Shown piece by piece: positions 52,729-61,690 of a stretch of DNA of 64,000 nt. This stretch comes from Eledone cirrhosa. Taxonomy: Eukaryota. Made by a program: the position numbers and the translations under genes. Each line of letters starts with the position of its first letter. Within the stretch, counting starts at the first letter, position 1. The notes below the pieces were generated by a model. The model did no database searches. It was not told where the DNA came from and worked only from the letters and a program-made list of their open reading frames with translations. The DNA lies in contig OZ024757.1 in assembly GCA_964016885.1 (NCBI GenBank), forward strand, positions 42,904,001 to 42,968,000. Reading direction: 5' to 3'.

Positions 52729-55570
52729 GACTGTACTGCGCATGCGCCAAGTCCACCAGGACGTAGTGCGCATGCGCCAAGGCCATCGGACCGTAGTGCG
52801 CATGCGCCAAGTCTGCCAGACCGTAGTGCGCATGCGCCAAAGCCACCGGACCGTACTGCGCATGTGCCAAGGCCACCGGAACGTAGTGCGCATGCGGCAA
52901 GGTCGCCGGACCGTAGTGCGCATGCGCCAAGACCGCCGGACCGTAGTGCGCGTGCGCCAAGGCCGCCAGACCGTAGTGCGCATGCGCCAAGGTCGCCGGG
53001 CCGTACTGCGCATGCGCCAAGGCCGCCGGGCTGTAGTGCGCATGCCCCAATGCTGCTAGACCGTAGTGCGCATGCACCAAAGCCACCGGACCGTAGTGCG
53101 CATGCGCCAAGGCTGCCGGACCGTAGTGCGCATGCACCAAGGCCGCCGGACCGTTGTGCGCATGCGCAAAGAACGATGGCCATCTTAGTGAGCATGCGCC
53201 AAGGCCGCCGGAACGTACTGCGCATGCGCTAAGGCCGCCGGACCTTACTGCGCATGCGCCAAGGCCACTGGACAGTACTGCGCATGCGTCAAGGCCACCA
53301 GAACGTAGTGCGCATGCGCCAAGGCCGCCGTACCGTTGTGCGCATGCGCAAATACCGCTGGCCCTTAGTGCGCATGCGCCATGGCCGCCGGACCTTACTG
53401 CGCATGCGCCAAGGCCACTGGACTGTAGTGCGCATGCCCCAAGGCCACTGGACAGTACTGCGCATGCGCAAAGGCCACCGGAACGTAGTGCGCATGCGCC
53501 AAGGCCGCCGGAACGTAGTGCGCATGCGCCAAGGCCGCCGGACCGTAGTGCGCATGCGCCAAGACTGACAGACCATAGTGCGCATGCGCCAAAGCCGCCA
53601 GACCTTACTGCGCATGCGCCAAGGCCACTGGAGCGTACTGCGCATGCGCCAAGGCCACCGGAAAGTAGTGCGCATGCGCCAAGGGCGCCGGACCGTAGTG
53701 CGCATGCGCCAAGGCTGCCAGACCGTAGTGCGCATGCGCCAAGGCCGCCAGACCGTAGTGCGCATGCTCCAAGACCGCCGGATCTTACTGCGCATGCCCC
53801 AAGGCCGTCGGACCGTAGTGCGCATGTGCCAAGGCCGCCAGACCGTAGTGCGCATGCGCCAAGACCGACTGACTGTACTGCGCATGTGTCATCGTCGCAG
53901 TACCGCACTGCGCATGCGGTAAGGCCGCCGGACCGTACTGCGCATGCGCCAAGGCCGCCGGACCGTAGTGCGCAGGCGCCAAGGCCGCCGGACCGTAGTG
54001 CGCATGCACCAAGGCCGCCTGAGTGTACTGCGCATGCATCAAGGTCCCAGTACCGTACTGCGCATGCGCAAAGGCCGCCGGACAGTAGTGCGCATGCGCC
54101 AGAGCCGCCGAACCGTAGTGCGCATGCGCCAAGGCCGTCGGACCGTAGTGCGCATGGGCCAAAGCCGCCCGACCGTACTGCGCATGCGCTAAGTCCGTAG
54201 TACCGTACTGCGCATGCTACAAGGCCGCAGTACCGTACTGCGCATGCGACAAGGCCGCAGTACCGTAGTGCGCATGCGCCAAGGCCACCGGACCGTAGTG
54301 CGCATGAGCCAAGGCCGCCGGACCGTACTGCGCATGCGCCAAGCCCGCCGGACCGTAGTGCGCATGCGCCAAGGCCGCCTGACTGTACTGCGCATGCGCC
54401 AAGGCCGCCTGACTGTACTGCGCATGCGTCAAGGTCCCAGTACCGAACTGCGCATGCGCTAAGGCCACCGGACCGTACTGCGCATGCGCCAAGGCCGCCG
54501 GACCGTAGTGCGCATGCGCCAGAGCCGCCGAACCCTGGTGTGCATGCGCCAAGGCCGCCGGACCATACTGCACATGCGCCAAAGCCACCTGACTGTACTG
54601 CGCATGTGCCAAGGCCGCCTGACTGTACTGCGCATGCGACAAGGCCGCCAGACCGTAGTGCGCATGCGCCAAGGCCACCTAACTGTACTGCGCATGCGTC
54701 AAGGTCGCAGTACCGAACTGCGCATGCGCCAAGGCCGCCGGACCGTACTGCGCATGCGCCAAGGCCGCCGGACCGTAGTGCGCATGCGCCAAAGCCGCCG
54801 AACCGTAGTGCGCATGCGCCAAGGCCGCCGGACCATACTGCGCACGCATGCGCGCGGCCGCAGGACCGTAGTGCGCATGCGCCAAGGCCGCCTGGTTGTA
54901 CTGCGCATGCGCCAAGGCCGCCGGACCGTAGTGCGCATGCGCCAAGGCCGCCTGACTGTACTGCGCATGCGTCAAGGCCGCAGTACCGAACTGCGTATGG
55001 GCTAAGGCCGCCGGACCGTACTGCGCATGCGCCAAGGCCGCCGGACCGTAGTGCGCATGCGCCAAGGCCGCCGGACCGTAGTGCGCCTGCGCCAAGGCCG
55101 CCTAACTGTACTGCGCATGCGTTAAATCGCAGTACCGAACTGCGCATGCGCCAAGGCCGCCGGACCGTACTGCGAATGCGCCAAGGCCGCCGGACCGTAG
55201 TGCGCATGCGCCAAAGCCGCCGAACCGTAGTGCGCATGCGCCAAGGCCGCCGGACCATACTGCGCACGCATGCGCCGCGGCCGCAGGACCGTAGTGCGCA
55301 TGCGCCAAGGCCGCCTGGTTGTACTGCGCATGCGCCAAGGCCGCCGGACCGTAGTGCGCATGCGCCAAGGCCGCCTGACTGTACTGCGCATGCGTCAAGG
55401 CCGCAGTACCGAACTGCGTATGGGCTAAGGCCGCCGGACCGTACTGCGCATGCGCCAAGGCCGCCGGACCGTAGTGCGCATGCGCCAAGGCCGCCGGACC
55501 ATACTGCGCATGCGCCAAGGCCGCCAGACCGTAGTGCGCATGCGCCAAGGCCGCCTAACTGTACTGCGCA

Positions 55571-55600
55571 TGCGCACTACGGTCCGGCGGCCTTGGCGCA
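55571..55600 (+). other. Single inverted 30-bp monomer bounded by two palindrome axes inside an R block
   Basis: ...GTACTGCGCA|TGCGCACTACGGTCCGGCGGCCTTGGCGCA|TGCGCTAAGGCC...; no bases gained or lost. Confidence 0.9.
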
Positions 55601-57438
55601 TGCGCTAAGGCCGCCGGACCGTACTGCGCATGCGCCAATGCCGCCGGACCGTAGTGCGCATGCGCCAAAGCCGCCGGACCGTAGTGCGCATGCGCCAAGG
55701 CCGCCTGGTTGTACTGCGCATGCGCCAAGGCCGCCGGATCGTAGTGCGCATGCGCCAAGGCCGCCTGACTGCACTGCGCATGCGTCAAGGCCGCAGTACC
55801 GAACTGCGTATGGGCTAAGGCCGCCGGACCGTACTGCGCATGCGCCAAGGCCGCCGGACCGTAGTGCGCATGCGTCAAGGTCGCAGTACCGAACTGCGCA
55901 TGCGCTAAGGCCGCCGGACCGTACTGCGCATGCGCCAAGGCCGCCGGACCGTAGTGCGCATGTGCCAAAGCCGCCGAACCGTAGTGCGCATGCGCCAAGG
56001 CCGCCTAACTGTACTGCGCATGCGTCAAGGTCGCAGTACCGAACTGCGCATGCGCCAAGGCCGCCGGACCGTACTGCGAATGCGCCAAAGCCGCCGAACC
56101 GTAGTGCGCATGCGCCAAGGCCGCCGGACCATACTGCGCACGCATGCCGCGGTCGCAGGACCGTAGTGCGCATGCGCCAAGGCCGCCTGGTTGTACTGCG
56201 CATGCGCCAAGGCCGCCGGACCGTAGTGCGCATGCGCCAAGGCCGCCTGACTGTACTGCGCATGCGTCAAGGCCGCAGTACCGAACTGCGTATGGGCTAA
56301 GGCCGCCGGACCGTACTGCGCATGCGCCAAGGCCGCCGGACCATACTGCGCATGCGCCAAGGCCGCCGGACCGTAGTGCGCATGCGCCAAGGCCGCCTAA
56401 CTGTACTGCGCATGCGTCAAGGTCGCAGTACCGAACTGCGCATGCGCTAAGGCCGCCGGACCGTACTGCGCATGCGCCAAGGCCGCGGGACCGTAGTGCG
56501 CATGCGCCAAAGCCGCCGGACCGTAGTGCGCATGCGCCAAGGCCGCCGGATCGTAGTGCGCATGCGCCAAGGCCGCCTGACTGTACTGCGCATGCGTCAA
56601 GGCCGCAGTACCGAACTGCGTATGGGCTAAGGCCGCCGGACCGTACTGCGCATGCGCCAAGACCGCCGGACCGTAGTGCGCATGCGTCAAGGTCGCAGTA
56701 CCGAACTGCGCTTGCGCTAAGGCCGCCGGACCGTACTGCGCATGCGCCAAGGCCGCCGGACCGTAGTGCTCATGCGCCAAAGCCGCCGAACCGTAGTGCG
56801 CATGCGCCAAGGCCGCCGGACCAGAGTGCGCATGCGCCAAGGCCGCCGGACCGTAGTGCGCATGCGCCAAGGCCGCCGGACCGTAGTGCGCATGCGCCAA
56901 GGCCGCCTGACCGTAGTGCGCATGCGTCAAGGCCGCAGTACCGAACTGCGTATGGGCTAAGGCCGCCGGACCGTACTGCGCATGCGCCAAGGCCGCCGGA
57001 CCGTACTGCGCATGCGCCAAGGCCGCCGGACCATACTGCGCATGCGCCAAGGCCGCCGTACAGCGCACTACGGTCTGGCATCATTGGCGCATGCGCACTA
57101 CGGCCCGGCGGCCTTGGCGCATGCGCAGTACGGCCCGGCAACCTTGGCGTATGCGCACTACGGTCTGTCGGCCTTGGCGCATGCGCACTACTGTCCGGCG
57201 GCCTTGGCGCATGCGCAGTACGGTCCAGCGGCCTTGACGCATGCGCACTACGGTTCGGCGGCCTTGGCGCATGCGTACAACGGTCCGGCGGCCTTGGCGC
57301 ATGCGCACTACGGTCTGGCAGCATTGGCGCATGCGCACTACGGTCCGCCGTCCTTGGCGCATGCGCACTACGGTCCGCCGTCCTTGGCGCATGCGCACTA
57401 CGGTCCGACGTCCTTGGCGCATGTGCAGTACGGTCCGG

Positions 57439-58017
57439 ATGACTTTTTAGCCATTTTAAGCCTTTATGTTGCCATATTTAGCCATTTTTGAGTCATTTTA
57501 GTAATTTATGATGCAGTTTTTACCATTTTAGAGCCATTTATAGTCATTTTAGACGTTTCAGTCGTGTTAGAGTCATTCTAGTCAATTATGATACGGTTTT
57601 AGCATTTTAGTCGTTGATGATGACGTTTTAGTCATTTATGATGCAGATTCAGCCATTCTGTTGTAATATGGCAACATAAATGATTAAATGGCCCTAAAAT
57701 GGCTAAAACAGCATCATATTTGACAAAAGTGACTCGTAAATGAGTAAAACGGTATCATAAATGACTAAAATAACTCTAGAAAGGCTACTACAGCATCATA
57801 AATGATTAAAATGACTCTAAAACGACTAAAACGTCTAAAATGACAAAAATGGCTTTAATATAGCTTAAACTGCATCTTAAATGACTAAAACTACTAAAAT
57901 GACTCCGAAATGGCTAAAATGACACTAAAGTGGCTAAAACGGACTGTTAAATTGCTAAATTGTCTCTAAAATGGCTAAAACGTCTTCATAAATAAATAAA
58001 ATGGCTAAAACGTGGGT
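57439..58017. repeat. Long AT-rich island (579 bp), internally an imperfect inverted repeat of degenerate ~10-bp units
   Basis: T-rich left arm and A-rich right arm switch near 57663. 57543-57577 matches the reverse complement of 57810-57844 at 33/35; 57463-57478 is the exact reverse complement of 57665-57680. Confidence 0.9.
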
Positions 58018-61000
58018 GCCGGACCGTAGTGCGCATGCGCCAAGGCCGCCGGACCGTAATGCGCATGCGCCAAGGCCGCCGGATCGTAGTGCGCATGCGC
58101 CAAGGCCGACTGACTGTACTGCGCATGTGTCATCGTCGCAGTACCGAACTGCGCATGCGGTAAGGCCGCCGGACCGTACTGCGCATGCGCCAAGGCCGCC
58201 GGACCGTAGTGCGCAGGCGCCAAGGCCGCCGGACCGTAGTGCGCATGCACCAAGGCCGCCTGAGTGTACTGCGCATGCATCAAGGTCCCAGTACCGTACT
58301 GCGCAAAGGCCGCCGGACAGTAGTGCGCATGCGCCAGAGCCGCCGAACCGTAGTGCGCATGCGCCAAGGCCGCCCGACCGTAGTGCGCATGGGCCAAAGC
58401 CGCCCGACCGTACTGCGCATGCGCTAAGTCCGTAGTACCGTACTGCGCATGCTACAAGGCCGCAGTACCGTACTGCGCATGCGACAAGGCCGCAGTACCG
58501 TAGTGCGCATGCGCCAAGGCCACCGGACCGTAGTGCGCATGAGCCAAGGCCGCCGGACCGTACTGCGCATGCGCCAAGCCCGCCGGACCGTAGTGCGCAT
58601 GCGCCAGAGCCGCCGAACCGTGGTGCACATGCGCCAAGCCCGCCGGACCGTAGTGCGCATGCGCCAAGCCCGCCGGACCGTAGTGCGCATGCGCCAAGGC
58701 CGCCTGACTGTACTGCGCATGCGTCAAGGTCCCAGTACCGAACTGCTCATGCGCTAAGGCCACCGGACCGTACTGCGCATGCGCCAAGGCCGCCGGACCT
58801 TAGTGCGCATGCGCCAGAGCCGCCGAACCGTGGTGTGCATGCGCCAAGGCCGCCGGACCATACTGCGCATGCGCCAAAGCCGCCTGACTGTACTGCGCAT
58901 GCGCCAAGGCCGCCTGACTGTACTGCGCATGCGACAAGGCCGCCGGACCGTTGTGCGCATGCGCCAAGGCCACCTAAATGTACTGCGCATGGTCGCAGTA
59001 CCGAACTGCGCATGCGCCAAGGCCGCCGGACCGTACTGCGAATGCGCCAAGGCCGCCGGACCGTAGTGCGCATGCGCCAAAGCCGCCGAACCGTGGTGCA
59101 CATGCGCCAAGCCCGTCGGACCGTAGTGCGCATGCGCCAAGCCCGCCGGACCGTAGTGCGCATGCGCCAAGGCCGCCTGACTGTACTGCGCATGCGTCAA
59201 GGTCCCAGTACCGAACTGCGCATGCGCTAAGGCCACGGGACCGTACTGCGCATGCGCCAAGGCCGCCGGACCGTTGTGCGCATGCGCCAGAGCCGCCGAA
59301 CCGTGGTGTGCATGCGCCAAGGCCACCGGACCATACTGCGCATGCGCCAAAGCCGCCTGACTGTACTGCGCATGCGCCAAGGCCGCCTGACTGTACTGCG
59401 CATGCGACAAGGCCGCCGGACCGTAGTGCGCATGCGCCCAAGCCGCCGGACCATACTGCGCATGCGCCAAGGCCGCCGGACCGTAGTGCGCATGCGTCAA
59501 GGCCGCAGTACCGAACTGCGCATGCGCTAAGGCCGCAGTACCGAACTGCGCATGCGCTAAGGCCGCAGTACCGAACTGCGCATGCGCCAAGGCCGCCGGA
59601 CCGTACTGCGCATGCGCCAAGGACGCCGGACCGTAGTGCGCAGGCGCCAAAGACGCCGGACCGTAGTGCGCATGCGCCAAAGACGCCGAACAGTCGTGCC
59701 CATGCGCCAAGACCGCCGGACCGTACTGCGCATGCGCCAAGGCCGCTGAACCGTACTGCGCATGCCCCAAAGCCGCCGACCCGTAGTGCGCATGCACCAA
59801 GGCCACCGGACCGTACTGCGCATGCTCCAAGACCGTCGGACCGTAGTGCGCATGCCCCAAGGCCGTCGGACCGTAGTGCGCATGCGCCAATGCCGCCAGA
59901 CCGTAGTGCGCATACGCCAAGGCCGCCGAACCGTACTGCGCATGCGCCAAGGCCGCCGAACCGCACTGCGCATGCGCCAAGGCCGCCGAACCGTACTGCG
60001 CATGCGCCAAGGCCGCCGAACCGTACTGCGCATGCGCCAAAGCCGCTGGACCGTAGTGCGCATGCGCCAAGGCCACTGGACCGTACTGCGCATGTACCAA
60101 GGCCGCCGTCGTAGTGCGCATGCGCCAATGCCGCCGGACCTTTGTGCGCATGCGGTACGGTGGCCTTGGCGCATGCGCACTAAGGTCTAACGGCCTTGGC
60201 GCATGCGCACTACGGTTCGGCGGCTTTGACGCACACGGACTACGTTCCGTCAGATTTGGCGCACGCACACTACGGTCCGGCGGTCTTGGCGCATGCGCAC
60301 TACGGTCCGGCGACCACGCCGCATGCGCACTACGTTCCGGTGGCCTTGGCACATGCGCAGTACCGTCCGGCGGCTTTTGCGCATGCGCACTACGGTCTGG
60401 CAGCCTTGGCGCATGCGCACTACGGTCCAGCGGCCTTGGCGCATGCGCACTACGTTCCGGTGGCCTTGGCGCATGCGCAGTACGGTCCAGTGGCCTTGGC
60501 GCATGCGTAGTAAGGTCCGGCGCCCTTAGCGCATGCGCAGTACGGTCCGGCAGCCTTGGCGCATGCGCACTAAGGGCCAGCGGTCTTTGCGCATGCGCAC
60601 AACGGTCCGGTGGCCTTGGCGCATGCGCACTACGGTCCGGCGGCCTTGGCGCATGCGCACTAAGGTCCGGCGGCTTTGGTGCATGCGCACTACGGTCTGG
60701 CATCATTGGCGCATGCGCACTACGGTCCGGCGGCCTTGGCGCATGCGCAGTACGGCTGGCAACCTTGGCGTATGCGCACTACGGTCTGTCGGCCTTGGCG
60801 CATGCGCACTACTGTCCGGCGGCCTTGGCGTATGCGCAGTACGGTCCAGCGGCCTTGGCGCATGCGCACTACGGTTCGGCGGCCTTGGCGCATGCGCACT
60901 ACGGTTCGGCGGCCTTGGCGCATGCGTACAACGGTCCGGCGGCCTTGGCGCATGCGCACTACGGTCTGGCAGCATTTGCGCATGCGCACTAAGGTCCGGC

Positions 61001-61089
61001 GGCCTTGGCGCATGCGCACTACGGTCCGACGTCCTTGGCGCATGCGCACTACGGTCCGACGTCCTTGGCGCATGTGCAGTACGGTCCGG
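57439..61089. mobile_element. Possible foldback-like ancestral unit (AT island + R array + J1 + F array, ~3.65 kb), non-autonomous; speculative
   Basis: Modular inverted arrays of short tandem repeats resemble foldback-type elements, and the unit repeats at offset 3651. No transposase, defined terminus or target-site duplication is seen. Confidence 0.25.
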
Positions 61090-61690
61090 ATGACTTTTTG
61101 GCCATTTTAAGCCTTTATGTTGCCATATTTAGCCATTTTTGAGTCATTTTAGTAATTTATGATGCAGTTTTTACCATTTTAGAGCCATTTATAGTCATTT
61201 TAGACGTTTCAGTCGTGTTAGAGTCATTCTAGTCAATTATGATACGGTTTTAGCATTTTAGTCGTTGATGATGACGTTTTAGTCATTTATGATGCAGTTT
61301 CAGCCATTCTGTTGTAATATGGCAACATAAATGATTAAATGGCCCTAAAATGGCTAAAACAGCATCATATTTGACAAAAATGACTCGTAAATGAGTAAAA
61401 CGGTATCGTAAATGACTAAAATAACTCTAGAAAGGCTACTACAACATCATAAATGATTAAAATGACTCTAAAACGACTAAAACGTCTAAAATGACAAAAA
61501 TGGCTTTAATATAGCTTAAACTGCATCTTAAATGACTAAAACTACTAAGATGACTCCGAAATGGCTAAAAAAAACATCATAAATGGCTAAAATGACACTA
61601 AAGTGGCTAAAACGGACTGTTAAATTGCTAAATTGTCTCTAAAATGGCTAAAACGTCTTCATAAATAAATAAAATGGCTAAAACGTGGGT
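61090..61690. repeat. Long AT-rich island (601 bp), second copy
   Basis: Near-identical to 57439-58017 with 22 extra bp near 61571-61592, lying between two AAATGGCTAAAA direct repeats. Confidence 0.9.

Noticed and set aside
57439-58017. Telomeric repeat (TTAGCC/TTAGTC resembling TTAGGC or TTAGG)
   Set aside because: No tandem hexamer or pentamer run; the units are degenerate ~10-11-mers internal to the array.
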